The notes under the pieces are model-generated. The model had not been told where the DNA came from. It was given only the letters and a program-made list of their open reading frames with translations, and did no database searches. Shown here piece by piece: positions 36,785 to 50,909 of a stretch of DNA of 64,000 nt (positions are counted from its first letter, which is position 1; each line of letters opens with the position of its first letter). The DNA lies in contig NC_043000.1 in the NCBI RefSeq assembly GCF_006345805.1, forward strand, positions 161,634,001 to 161,698,000, given 5' to 3'. Origin of the DNA: Octopus sinensis (Eukaryota). The translations under genes and the position numbers were made by a program.

Positions 36785-38030
36785 TATTTACATCCATTTT
36801 CCATACTGGCATGGATTGATTGGATAGTTCAACAGAAGGTGGTGAGTCAGAACACTGCACAAAGCTTCAATAGTTCAATATCTGCTTTAGCATAGTTTTT
36901 ACTAACCACTTTACAATGTGTACTGGGTGCTTTTTTATGCAGCACTGGCACTAGTGTGGTCATCAAGTAATTTTAAAGGCAAGATCTCCGAGGCAGTTGT
37001 AGGACTGAGAGAAGTGGCTTGAGATGTCAAAGTATGATAGAAGGACAGGGCTGGTTGTCTTCTTCTAGAGGAGATACATGGCAACCCCAATGATGGGGCA
37101 TATCCTCAAGTTACAGGAAAGTGAATATTAAAGCATGTGAGAATAAGTTTGTGAGAGTGAAAAGAGAATAGCAGATGGAGAGAGATGGAGGCAGAAGTGA
37201 ATGCAGTGAAAGGTGAGAACCACTGGAGGCCTCTTCTGTCGTAAATATCAGTTCCAGATAAGGGAGGAAATTGGAGTGAGTAAGGGACGTAAGGGGAGGA
37301 AATATGAGTGGGTAAGGGAAATAATAGGTAACAGCATAGAAGATGTGAAATGTGTGAGGGTGAGGTGTGAAATAGATGCACAGTGTCAGAGTGTCAGGGA
37401 CGGGGTCAGAGAAACATAGGTGAGGATATAATGGGAGATGAAGAGAAGTAGTAGTGGGATGCAGATTAAAAAGGGGTGGGGATGAAGGAAGCATTGAGTG
37501 GAAAAATAAGATGATAGGTAATGATACTGAGAATATGGGAAAAAAGAAAATAATTCCATAGAGGGAGAATGGTAAGGAGCAGCATCTGAGTAGATAGATC
37601 CATAATCAGAAGAGTGGTGTTGGGATGCTGAAGATGAGTTGTGGAGAAGAGGTACATCAGAGACAGACTGAGTGCAAGGGTAGGGAGATAAATAATATGC
37701 TTGTAGGACCTTAATTCTAATTAGATGTGCATGTCTTCTTGAGTACAGCAAATTGCCAATCACCTTCTCCTTTATCATCTTCTCTTTGAGATTCAGCATT
37801 TGGAGGTCATTCTTCATCCCACATCTTCCTGGGTTTTCCACTTCCACAAGTTCCATCCACATCCACCAACTGGCTCTTCTTTGAGCAGTTGTCCTCATCC
37901 TTACACATCATAGGACCATACTAACATAGTCTTCTCTCTTGCACACTACATCTCATACCACTTATGCCCAGTTTTTCTCTTGGCAATTTTGCACTTTTCA
38001 TACATGCACACTAAAGCTTCACACCCATGT
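36785..38030 (-). mobile_element. Old RTE 3' remnant
   Basis: 37750-38000 resembles 34750-35010 (aagtgcaaaattg..gagaaaaactgggcataag..tgtgcaagagagaagact); tail ttccatactggcatgg at ~36800. Confidence 0.65.
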
Positions 38031-38514
38031 TTTTGTCTCTAGCTTATCTCAGTCATTAGGCTATAGTCATGCTGGGACATGACCTAGATGAATTTTTCTC
38101 AAATGAAACTAGCCCAGGACTAATTTTTGAAGCCTGCTAGATTTTGTCTAGTCTCTTTTGCCAAACTAAGTACCAGATATGTAAACACATTAATACCTGT
38201 TGTCAAGCAGTGGTGGGTGACAGATACAGCTACAAAGACATATACACATAAAGCTTCTTTCAGTATCCGTTTACCAGATCTACTCAAGGATTTGGTAAGT
38301 CCAAAGCTATAATAGAAGACACTTGCCCAAGGTGTCATGCAGTGGAACTGAACGTGGGACCATGTGGTTGGGAAGTAACCTTCTTACTACACAGCCATGC
38401 CAACAGCTACATAGATTTATCTATTTATTTGCTCTTGTAATAAATTTTTGAAAGTGTAAAAAGATTCTGTGGACACTGTATGTATATATATATATATATA
38501 TATATATACGTATT

Positions 38515-38574
<60 letters not shown>

Positions 38575-38583
38575 ATATGTATG

Positions 38584-38636
<53 letters not shown>

Positions 38637-38847
38637 TTATTAAATCTCAGAGCGAGATGTAAACAGTAACCGCTCGACAATGTAAAGTATAAAAGCCATC
38701 ACAATATGGCTAACCACAAAGTGGGGGTGTTACTGTAGCGTTTTAGCCCCAGGAGATCATCATCTCCAGCTGGTTTTAGACACACTTTCTGTGCCCTTGA
38801 AGTATTTGCAAAGGTAGGCCATCCCTTCCTCGTAAGCCTGAGTGATA

Positions 38848-38889
38848 CGCATTACAGGTTTCAAGATTATTGTCTCTTATCAACGGGCG
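38848..38889 (-). ncRNA. Hammerhead motif, U3-A8 core (left arm)
   Basis: cgcccg UUGAUAA GAGA caauaa UCUU GAAAC cu GUA augcg. Confidence 0.6.
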
Positions 38890-39001
38890 GTAGCCACCAG
38901 GTCACAATGAAAGACAAGGCCTGCTTTGCAAATATATAACAGTTTTTCGAGTGACGTCTGCCACAAGCAGGCCTTCACTTTCATCGCTACCTGGTGGTTA
39001 C

Positions 39002-39044
39002 CGCCCATTGATAAGAGACAATAATCTTGAAACCTGTCCGTGCG
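39002..39044 (+). ncRNA. Hammerhead motif, U3-A8 core (right arm)
   Basis: cgccca UUGAUAA GAGA caauaa UCUU GAAAC cu GUC cgugcg. Confidence 0.65.
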
Positions 39045-39217
39045 TATCACTCAGGCTTACAAGGAAGGGATGGCCTACCTTTGCAAATACTTCAAGGGCA
39101 CAGAAAGTGTGTCTAAAACCAGCTGGAGACGATGATCTCCTGGGGCTAAAAAGCTACAGTAACACCCATACTTTGTGGTTAGCCATATTGAGATGGCTTT
39201 TATACTTTACATTATAT

Positions 39218-39249
<32 letters not shown>

Positions 39250-39259
39250 CACACACATA

Positions 39260-40511
39260 TTGGGTCATCCCATAAATAATGCGTTTTTTATACTTTTATT
39301 TTTCAAAATTAAGATAAACAAAGTTTTTTTTTAATCTAAAATAAACTCTCCTTCATTTTCTACAATGCTTTTCCATCTGTCTGGTAGACTTGCAAGGCCC
39401 TTCTTCTAAATTTCACTTGTGTGTGATGTAAAGTACTCCTTCAGTACTGTTCTCACCTCATCTATAGAATTCATATTTTTTCCATCCAAACGATTTTGAA
39501 GACTGTGGAAGAAATGAGAATCAGATGGGATAATGTCCAGCAAATATGGTGGGTGGGACATCATTTCCCATTCAAACTGCTCCAGCATTTGGAATGTTTA
39601 CCTCGCAGTATGTAGCCAAGCATTATCCTGATAGAACACCTGTCATCTTGAAACCAAAGATGGTCAGTCTTTTTTTTCTAGCACTGACTTAAGCCACTCA
39701 AGCTGCTCACAGTAGATCGTCTTTGTTATTGTTTGGTTTGGGTATAAAAGTTCAAAGTGGACTAAACCTTTCATATCCACCAAACAGACAACAACTCCTT
39801 ATGTGAATGAAGATCTTCTTGGAGTACTGGTGTTGTTCCTTTCCCTACACACTGTATTCAGCACTTGACATTTTTAGAGAACCCATTTCTCATCACCAGT
39901 TACTATTCGGTTCTAAAAAAGGTTCATTCATAAGATGTGACAGCAAAGAAGAACATAAATTCACTCTCTGCATGCAAGTAGACTCAGAAAGTTTGTGAGG
40001 AATCCACTGACCCAATTTGCTAACATTTTTGATGGCATAGAGTTGTCGATGAATGGTTGAATGACAAAATCCAAGCTTCTCTGCTAGTTCCTCAATGGTT
40101 ACAATAAGATTTTGTTCCACCAGGGTTTGCAGGACATCCTCATCGAGCTCTACAGATCTTCTAGGACAAGGCTTATCTTCTAGGCTGCAGTTTTCAGCTC
40201 TGAATTTCTGGGACTATTGTCCGATCCCCATATACTACATTAATATTCCTTGCGCTTTCTGTTGCATTGTTACCTTTATTGAACTCATAAAGCAAAATAT
40301 TCCAAATATGCTCCTTTGTCATTTCCCTAATTGCTTTGAAAAAACAACTGTTAAAATCGAATTGCACTCTTCAAAACTTGCACTAAGAATAAGCTCAAGG
40401 TAAAATTACTACCTGCTTTTACAGCAAGTTGATGCAGGTAGTTTATCTCATCCCACCCTGACTTTTAGTTCATGCAATTGAAGCAACTGCATTATTTATG
40501 GGATGATCCCA
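39260..40511 (-). mobile_element. Full-length decayed mariner (D,D34D) element
   Basis: TIRs ttgggtcatcccataaataatgc / gcattatttatgggatgatccca with TA flanks; GQWIPHKLS, IVTGDEKW, HPPYLLDIIPSDSHFF; stops and frameshifts. Confidence 0.95.
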
Positions 40512-41384
40512 TATGTATCTATATATATCTAATGTAAATAAATGCAAAAGCTAATTTCTGTGTGTCAGTGTGTCACACTTTGACTCCCTCTCTCACTATT
40601 CAATGAGACTTCTACTAATGCTCATGTTGGAGTGAGAATAATAGTAGGTGTAGAGACAGTGAAGGCGGTGGCAAAGACAGACAGAGTGAGAGAGAGAGAG
40701 AAAGGAAAAGAGAGGGAGAGAAAGAGAGACAAATTTAGGGAAAATTGATGATGTTTTATTAAAAGTAGTATAGTTGATGGTGGCAGTGGGAGCAATAATA
40801 AGTGAGAGAGAGAGAGAGAAAGAGAGAGAGAGTGGGTATGTGAAAGAAAGAGGGACTGAATACTGAACTAACATACTGAACGAACACACACATTTAGCTT
40901 TTTTGTGATGGTAATGGAGTGATAGTAAGAGTATGAGCTGTAGTTCTGATAGAGGCAGAGGCAGCGGTGATGATGGTGATGGTGGTAATAGCCAAGGCAG
41001 TCAGGGAGGATGCTGAGAGTAAGCGATATGAAAGACAGTGGTGATGGTGGTGGAGGGGAAGGTGGCGAAGTGAAAGGTATTGATGGTGGTGGCATCAGAT
41101 GTCTGAATGGTGTGTGTATGGTGGATGTTTTGGCGATGGTAGTAGTTCTGTTGTTTATCATGCAGTTTTGAAATAAGTTCCAAGTCAACAAATTATATCA
41201 TTGTTTTGATGAAAATTGCTCTTTGCCTGGAAAATTTTGTTCAAGTTTAATAAAGTTTAATATGTACTCAATGCATGAAGTGTCATTGTTGGACCCAAGG
41301 CCTAATGGAGAGCTCTTCACAGGGGCCAGCTTAAAGGCCACCCTATCAGGCGACTTTTAAGCTGGTATATAACGATAAATGTCG

Positions 41385-41663
41385 CCCTTTTCAATCCTAG
41401 CCAGGCTCATGGTCCCAGTTTCTGTGGTGTATGTTTTCCTGCCAGCTGGATGGGACGCCAGTCCATCACAGTGTTACCCAAGAAACAGGAAGAGAGAGTG
41501 AGAGAAAGTTGTGGCGAAAGAGTACAACAGGGGTCGCCACGACCCCCTGCCAGAGACTCGTAGAGCTTTAGCAGTTTTCACTCAATAAACACAGTCTGAG
41601 AATCGAAACCGTGATCCTCCGACCGTGTGTCCGCTGCCTACCCACTGGACCATTGTGCATCCA
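41385..41663 (-). mobile_element. tRNA-derived SINE (head as 25170, different tail); second copy 57890-58190
   Basis: Head gatgc.caatgg.ccagtgg..aggcagcggac...ggtttcgatt; tail gtgatggactggcgtccc.tccagctgg...gaaa. Confidence 0.85.
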
Positions 41664-41910
41664 AGCTAGTATATACATACATATATATATACACACAGGC
41701 ACATGTATACACTCGTATACACACACACACATACATATGTACTCATATAAATGAACATATGTATATATGCTTGTATGACTTCATTCACAGATAGACAGTC
41801 AGGCAGACAGGCCCAGAAGCAGTCAGATAGTCAGATAGAAAAATATAGATAGATAGATGGGTAGATAGATAGGTAGAGAGATAGGTAGAGAGATAGAGAG
41901 AGAGAGAGAG

Positions 41911-42008
<98 letters not shown>

Positions 42009-42803
42009 TCAATTAAATTTTTGAAAGAGGGAGTGGAAAAAGCAAAAGACAGGAAAGTGAGTTTTGAAGATAGAAAATGTGAACGAAATAATGTGAAAGA
42101 ATGAGAAAGAATATATATGGCCCTACATGGCCTTGCTTTTTGCTTTTTGAGCCAAAAAATTAACTTAACTAACTATATATATATATATATATAATATATA
42201 TATATATATAATATATATACATATATACATATATATGGTAAGTGGAATTTGTGTTTTTTTAATAGATGTAAGAAAGAGAGAGAAAAAGTGACCAAAAGAT
42301 GAAATATAAAAAAGGAGAGAAAAGATATATTAGAAAAAGAGGAAGAGAAGCGGAGAGTGAGGAATGAGGAGAGGGAAAAAATGAAAGAGTGCAAAGCAAA
42401 GCAGTAGCTATAATGGGAAAATAAAGGAAATAAAGAGAAGAGAGAGTGAGAGAGGCTGAAAGAAGGTGAGAAAAAGTGGTAGAAAGAATGAAATAATGTG
42501 TAAGAAGGAGAGGAAAGAAAAGAAGAGAGATGGAGGAGAGAAAAGAAGAGGTAGAGGAGTAATGAAGGTAAAAAAGAAGTTTAGAATGAGACTGGACAAA
42601 GAATAACTGCAAGGAAAGAAGGAGAAAAGCAGACTAAGTGAAACAGAGAAAGAGTGAGAGAAAGAGAAGATGAAAGAAGGTGAACGAAAAGTGATGGTGA
42701 AAATGAGAAATAGTGAGTTGGAAAGAGAGCAAGGGAAAGAGAAAAAGAAAAGAATAAAAGAACAGAGAGAAAGAAAAAAGGAAAAAAATCAAGGAAAGAG
42801 ATA

Positions 42804-43435
42804 TAGGCGCAGGAGTGGCTGTGTGGTAAGTAGCTTGCTCACCAACCACATGGTTCTGGGTTCAGTCCCACTTGTTTGACACTTTGGGCAAGTGTCTTCT
42901 ACTATAGCCTCAGGCTGACCAAAGCCTTGTGAGTGGATTTGGTAGATGGAAACTAGAAAGAAGCTCCTCGTATATATATGTACGTGTGTGTGTGTGTGTG
43001 TGTGTTTGTGTGTCTGTGTTTTGTCCCCCCACCACTAACATCACTTGACAACCGATGGTGGTTTGTTTAACCCTTTAGCATTTAAACTGGCCATATCCGG
43101 CCAAAAGTATTCTGCCTGTTTTATGTTCAGACTGGCCAGATCTGGTCTCTCACACCAACCCTACAATATCGTTTTAAAAATGAACAGCTACCTCATCAAA
43201 ATCTCATAGCTACAAGATAATGCATGATCAGTTCAAAACAATTTGGATAAAAAAGGATTAATTTTGGCAGAATAATGCGAACACTAAAGGGTTAAGTCCC
43301 TGTTACTTAGCGGTTCAGCAAAAAAGACTGATAGAATAAGTACTAGGCTTCCAAAGAATAAGCTCTGGGGTCAATTTGCTTGACTAAAGACGGTGCTCCA
43401 GCATGGCCACAGTCAAATGACTGAAACAAGTTAAA
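42804..43435 (+). mobile_element. tRNA-derived CORE-like SINE interrupted by a MITE
   Basis: aggcgcaggagtggctgtgtggtaag...gggttcagtccc...ttgggcaagtgtcttctactatagcc...tgactgaaacaag. Confidence 0.9.
43071..43291. mobile_element. piggyBac-type MITE
   Basis: TTAA|CCCTTTAG ... CTAAAGGG|TTAA; SINE sequence is continuous across the insertion. Confidence 0.9.
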
Positions 43436-44687
43436 AATAAAAAATAAAGAAAGATAAAGAAAAATTAGAGTGAAAACAGCTTTAAAAAGAGTGAGTTAAA
43501 AAGAGAGAGTGAGAGAGAGAGAAGGAGAGAGGGAAAGAGAGATAAGATAAGGGGTAAAAAGGGAAGAATGAGAGAAATGTGATTGAAAGTGAGATGGGAG
43601 AAGTATAAGAAAAAGAGTGAAGGAGGAGAATAACAAAAGAGAAGTAAATGTAGCGAAAGGGAGAATGAATAAAAAGAGTGAAAGCTCAAAGAAAGTAGAG
43701 AAAGAGAACCAAAAAAACAGACTAAGGAAGAAAGAGAGAGAGAGAGAGAATATGAGAGTAGCAAAATATGAATGGAGTAAAAGTTGAAGACGGGGGTGGG
43801 GATGGAAATAAGTAGTCATTTACAACTTAGTGATTAGTCTGTATCCATGCTAGGGAATCGGCCTTCAGAGATTTTAATTGAACACCTTGACCCTGGTACT
43901 TAAATCACTTTGGTACTTCTTTTTTAGCAATCTTTATATAAGTTACAGGTCTTAAAAGAGTGTTACATAAACAACAGCGATGGCTTTCAGGCGAGTGTAA
44001 ACAAACACAGACACACATACACATGCATATATATAACTTGTAGAGCGATGCAATATCATCAGTTGAGGAATTATCTGATGAAGAACTAAATACAAATCAT
44101 AAACTTAAGTATTTACATTTTATACATTACAAAAACAAAGACAAAAAAAAACTTGGGCGACTTATTGATAAAGTTTCACCAAGGGTGGCCTTCTTCAAGG
44201 TATTTTAACGAACTACTCTTAGCAAAATTTATTACTCACTGATAATTAATCTCTGTTCATTTCAAAAACATGTGGCTTTTAGTTGTAGTCCCACTGTACA
44301 GCACATTAGGTTTGTGCCTCTAATTAAAGGCCCGAGCCAACTGACCCCTCCTGAATGAATTTGGTAGACAAAATCTGTGTTGAGGCCCAATATAGATGTG
44401 TGTATGGGTATGCTTGTGTGTAGGTGTGCATGTGTGTCTGTGTGAGTGCATGTGTGTGTGTGTGTACATGTGTGTGTATTTGTGTTTGTACTTCATACTA
44501 CTTAACAACTGATAATCATACAACACTGTGACTTAGTAGTTCAGCAAAAAGAAACTGACAGAATGTGTACCAGAACTGAAAACAAATATTGGGGTCAGTT
44601 TGAGTGACTAAACCCTTCAAGGCAGTTTTTCAGTAAGGCTGCACTCTAATGACTGATACATGTAAAAGTGTAAGAGTATATCTATAA

Positions 44688-44730
<43 letters not shown>

Positions 44731-44773
44731 TATATATATACATATATATACATATATATGTATATATATGTAT

Positions 44774-44804
<31 letters not shown>

Positions 44805-44807
44805 GTA

Positions 44808-44864
<57 letters not shown>

Positions 44865-45657
44865 ACATATATATATACATATATATAAATACATACATAT
44901 ATATCATACTTTTATACATATATATATATACATACATATATATACATATATATATATGTATATATATATGTGTGTATATAAATATATATACATATATATA
45001 CAGACATACACATGCACACACACACACATATATATACATACAAATATACATATACATAAATACATATGTATATATGTGTATATAAGTGTACGTATATATG
45101 TATATACATGTGTGTGTATGTATATAAGTATATATAGAAACATACACACACACACCACACACATACACACATACAATGGGCTTCAACACAGTTCCTGTCT
45201 ACTAAATTTCACTGACAACATGCAGGTCAAGATGACATGAGAGTAGAAGATACTTGCCCAACTGCTGTACAATGAGATCAAACCCAGAACCACATGGTTG
45301 CAAACAAACTTCATATCCAGGAAACAATATTTGAAAATGGAAAAAAAGTGCGACGGGAAAAATATGAAATTACAAAGAGAAAAGGGATAAAGGAGGGAGA
45401 GGGTGGAGATTGAGAAGGAAAATGAAGAAAGGAAAAGAAATCTGAAAGTATAAGGGGGATAAAAGAGAGGAAAGAAATGGAATGAGATGGGGGATGTGAA
45501 AAAGAGAAAGGGAAAATTCTGTAGAGAAACGGTAGGGAAGAAAGACAGAAATATAATGTAAGGAAGGGAGAGAATGAGAAAAGAAAGAGAAGGGAAAAGA
45601 GATCTTGCATGTAAGAGGAAAAGGAAGGAAGGAAAGAAAGAAAGAAGAAGAAAGAAA

Positions 45658-45699
<42 letters not shown>

Positions 45700-46434
45700 G
45701 GGAAAAGGTGGTAATTGAAGAGAGAGAGAGATGGAGTGAGAGAGAGAATGAGAGAGAGATGGAGAGAGAGAGATGGAAAGAGAGAATGAGAGAGAGAATG
45801 AGAGAGAGATGGTGAGAGGGAATGAGAGAGAGATGGTGAGAGAGAGAATGAGAGAATGGAGTAATGAGAAAAAGAATCAAATTTAAGATAGAGCTAAGAA
45901 GAAATAGTGATGAGATAGAGGAAAATGAAAGAAAGAAAGAAATAGAAGGAATAGAGTAAAAGCAACAGATAGAGGCTGGAATGGTGGGAAGAGAGGGAGA
46001 GAGAGGAGGCGAGAGAGACTGAGAAGATGGAGATTAAAGAGGGAGGAATGATGGAGGAAAGAGATGGTGTGAGAGGGAAGATAGAGAGAAATAGAAGGAT
46101 AAAAATAGAAGGAGACACAAAACTGAGGAAGAAAGAAAAGGAAGGAATTGAAAGAAAGAAGAAGGGAGAATGTAGGAGAAGGATTTTGAAGGAAAAGTGT
46201 TTTGAAGAATGAAAGAAATAAAAACAAAGAAAAAATAAAATGGAAAGAAGGAAAAAACTAAGAAAGAATATGAAAAGAAGTGTTAGAAAGAGAGTGAAAA
46301 GAAGTGAGAGAAAAATGAAAGAAAAAATTAGAGATGAAGCAGGGGGGAAAGAGAGAAGTAAAATGGAAGGAAAATGAAATCAGGAAGGAAGAATGAAGGA
46401 TGAATGAAGAAGCAAAAAGAAACTGAGGATTAAA

Positions 46435-46534
46435 NNNNNNNNNNNNNNNNNNNNNNNNNNNNNNNNNNNNNNNNNNNNNNNNNNNNNNNNNNNNNNNNNN
46501 NNNNNNNNNNNNNNNNNNNNNNNNNNNNNNNNNN
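46435..46534. other. Assembly gap (100 N)
   Basis: Run of N. Confidence 1.
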
Positions 46535-46731
46535 TTTAAAATCTCAAAACAAATGCGCAGCAAGCTTTCGAACAAAACGCTCCTAGGAGCCCATATATAT
46601 TAGATATTATATATATATATATATATATATAGTACATATGTATATGTATATATATATAATATTACAATATATATAATATTATATATAATTATATAATATA
46701 TATATATATATGTACATTATGTATATATATA

Positions 46732-46772
<41 letters not shown>

Positions 46773-46904
46773 TTATATATATATGATATGTACATATGTA
46801 TATGTATATATAATACATATATATACACATAATATACATATATATATATATATATATATAATATGTACATATGTATATGTATATATATATACATATATAT
46901 ACAA

Positions 46905-46944
<40 letters not shown>

Positions 46945-47447
46945 GTGTGTAGTTTGGTCTACTGTGTTGTCACCCCTAGCATTGCTTGACAACCGATGCT
47001 GGTGTGTTTACGTACCCATCACTTGCGGTTCGGAAAAGAGACTGATAGAATAAGTACTTACAATGAATAAGTCCCGGGGTCAATTTGCTTGACAAAAGGC
47101 GGTGCTCCAGCATGGCCACAGTCAAACGAGTGAAACAAGTAAAAGAGTATAAGAGAGTAAAGAGTATATCATAATCATCATTTAACGTGTCATTTCCATG
47201 ATGACATGGGTCGGACGGTTTGACTGAGCACTGTTGAGCAGAAGGCTGCACCAGGCTCAATTTGATCTGGCAGAGTTTCTACACCTGGATGCCCTTCCTG
47301 ATGCCAACCACTCTGAGAGTGTACAAATATACATATTTATATATATACATATATATATATGTAGATATTTACATATATACATTAATATATATATACATAT
47401 ATATTTATGTAGATAGATACATATATAAATGCATATTTATATAATTC

Positions 47448-47486
<39 letters not shown>

Positions 47487-47589
47487 GGAGTAAACACATA
47501 AATGTGAAACAAGTTGGAAAAAAAGAGTACTCAAATACCAGTGGTGGAGTAATATGCTTTATTTAAAGCAGCAGAAAATTCTACAAAAC

Positions 47590-47627
47590 CTGTTACTCTG
47601 AGTTTCACATTGCTGTTCATCGGACAG
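47590..47627 (-). ncRNA. Hammerhead motif with U4C core, forming the loop of palindrome 47552-47664
   Basis: CUGU CCGAUGA ACA gcaa UGU GAAAC UC a GA GUA ACAG. Confidence 0.65.
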
Positions 47628-50381
47628 TTTTGTAGGATTTTGTGCTGCTTTAAATAAAGTATATATATATATATATATATATACTTATATATACTTAAAG
47701 TAAAGATATATTTATATATATATATATATAATATATATGTAGATATTTACATATATACATATATATATATATACATATTTAATATATATACATATATATA
47801 CATATTATATATATATATATATATATAATATATATAGACATACATATATATACATATTTATATATAGACATATATATTTGCATACATACATATATATATA
47901 TATAATATATATATATATATATAATATATTAATATATATATATATACAAATATATATATACATACATATATATACAGTATACATATATATATATACATAT
48001 ATATACAGTGTACATATATACACATACCTATATATATATAGATATACATACACACATATATACATTACATATATATACAGGTACATATATATATACATAT
48101 CCATGTATACATAATTTACATATCCATTATTGTTGCTTTTGTCCTATATATTACATATATATAAATATATATTTGGGCATTATAAACATATATACACACA
48201 TATATATACATATGTATATATACAAATATATATAGAGATATACATACATATATATACATATATATACATATATATATACAAACATATATATATATCTATA
48301 TATACAATTCATATATATATACATATACATATATATATAAATATATACATATACACAAATATATATATACCTATATATACACATATACATTATACTGATT
48401 ATTATACATACATATATACATATTTATATACATGTACATATATATATATATATATACACATATATATATACTCTTATATATATATATATATATATACATA
48501 CATATACATATATATACATATGCATATACTTATATATATGTGTGTGTATGTATGTACATATACACACACATACAGATGTTTATCTATGTGTGCGTGTGTG
48601 TGTGTGTGTTTTGTGCATGCAAGTAAGTATATATCTACATACTCACAACTGTGTATACATATGTATTCATATATACACAAAGAAAAGTATGTTTTTGTTA
48701 AAGAATTCTTCTAAAATTAGATGTAACATAGTTACTTTATACATTCATACACACACAAAAAGACACACAGACACACACATAAAGAAAGATATGCACATAC
48801 ACATTTACACAGACAATCACACATACACACCCAAACAAGCACATGATATTCCTCTTTACACATATTGACAAGTTAGAAACACGCACAGACGCACATACCC
48901 ACGCACACACACACTCAATCATTCACTCACGCAATTATGCAACCACACACGCTTACTTTCATAAGAATTTACCAACCTACATAGCACAACACCTACTTAC
49001 TTATTACACTAATGCACAGTGCTGTATGTGTAAAAATATACATTGCTGGGTGCACACTGCTTGCATCTCACTACCATACTTAGAAATATTTGTGCACCAC
49101 ATTACATACACACCCTTACATTTGACTATGCAGCACAGTGTCTAGCTGCATAGCAATAAATATTTGCATGAGCCAACTATTTATATTCACAAACAGATAT
49201 ATACACACATTCGTATATGCAGAATAATCAGACATTCACACACTAATATATACTCACGCATATAATCCAAAACAGTCACTGACCTATTTATATATATACA
49301 TGTATTTATTTGAATGTATATTTGTCTCTATGTACTTGTTTGTGTTTTTGTGTATCTGTGTGGGAGAGGGTTTGTCTAACTGCAACTGTCTGCATACAAA
49401 TGCACACTTATACACTTATAACACACAGCAGAACAGACACATGGCAAAGTGCTGGGATTTCTGTCTGTGCAATGCAATCTAAGTTGTGGAAAGTAAATTC
49501 GGTAGTTTGAGTACATAGAATTGCAGCTAGGTAGTGTTGTGTGCACATTGTATGAAAGTGAGCAGCCGAAACATAAATAAGAATAAATAGATAAATCTGA
49601 AGGAAGATAGGTTGGTGAATGATAAAAGTTAGAATCTAGGGTGGGGTTAAGGTTAGGGTAACAGGAGTTGTTTTGAGGAAAGATGGAAAGAAAGTGAAAA
49701 TGAGCGACAGAGAGAAAATTAAATAATGAGAGATATTTGAAGGGAGAGAGAGAAAGAGAGAGAAAGAGACAAAGTCAGGGAGTAAAAGAGAATGATACTT
49801 ATGTTTGTGTCTATGTATATATGTGTATATATATATATGTGTGTGTGTGTATGTATATATATATGTATATATACACACGCACACATTCTTGTGTGTGTAT
49901 GTGAGTACCAGAGAAAATGTGTAAATATGCATTTATGAGGAGACAGACAGAGAGAAAGAATGGAGACATGAAGAATGAAAGAGTTATAGGAGAGTTAAAT
50001 AATAAATAGGAAGAAGAAATGAACAGATGTAAGTTAATGTAATGGAGAGAAAGTTAGAAAGTATAAAGGGCATAAATATAAAGAAAAAATCTCAATGCAT
50101 ACACACAGACTAAGAGAGAGAGAGAGTGAGAGGGCTAGAGAGAGGAAGGGAGAGAGGAAGGGAGAGAGAGGGGAAGAGAGGAAGTGAGAGAGATAAAGGA
50201 AGAAATGAAAGGAGAGAGAGAGAAAGGAAGAGAGGAAGGGAGAGAGAGAGAGAAAGGAGAGAGAGAGAGAGAGAAAGGAAGAGAGATAGAGAAAGGAAAA
50301 GAGGATGGAAGAGTGAGAGAAAGAAAGATAGAAAGGGGGAGAGAGAGAAGGTGCATAAAAAACTGCAAAGTTAAATGCAAA

Positions 50382-50426
<45 letters not shown>

Positions 50427-50864
50427 CAGACAGACAAAAAGTCAGTGATAAGAGACAGTTAAAAAACTGAGTCAAGAGAAAGTGTGAGAAAGAGAAAGCC
50501 AAATACGAAATGAATTTAAGTGGGAGAAAGAGGAGAAAGGAAAGAAATTGAGAGGGAGTGATGCAGAGTAGTGAAATGAGAGAGAGACAGAGAGAGGGAA
50601 AGAAAGAGAGAGGGAAAGAAAGAGATAGGAAGGAATCAGCCGATAAAAGAGGCATCCAAATACATATATGCATATGTGAATAAATGTACAGTGACAATTG
50701 TGCATATTAACGCAACCAGTGCAGACTTATAGACAACAGCGGGTGAGTTGAAACTCCATACATACGTACATATCTATATATATATATATACACGTATGTA
50801 TATCTACACAAATAGTACATGAGTGCATATAGGCATATATGTGTAGATAGATAGATAGATAGAT

Positions 50865-50909
<45 letters not shown>

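Larger units (their letters stand above)
38679..39213. mobile_element. 535-bp near-perfect fold-back element between (TA)n tracts
   Basis: Arms 38679-38926 and 38965-39213 are reverse complements with few mismatches. Confidence 0.95.

Noticed and set aside
44160-44205. Hammerhead-like UUGAAGA...GAAAC on minus strand
   Set aside because: 3-8 pair uncompensated and helices I/III not formed; at most a decayed relic.
45311-46227. Long S/L/F-rich 'membrane-like' minus-strand ORFs (also 42173-43819, 50135-50705)
   Set aside because: Artefacts of polypyrimidine low-complexity sequence lacking stop codons.
44700-48870. Many ORFs rich in Y/I/M/C/V/H/T (also 8831-10384, 26988-27220, 38469-38669, 55236-55550)
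   Set aside because: Translations of (TA)n, (CA)n and (TATG)n microsatellites; not genes.
50691-50747. Possible micro-exon (cag...gtgagt)
   Set aside because: Stop codons in all three frames and no polypyrimidine tract.
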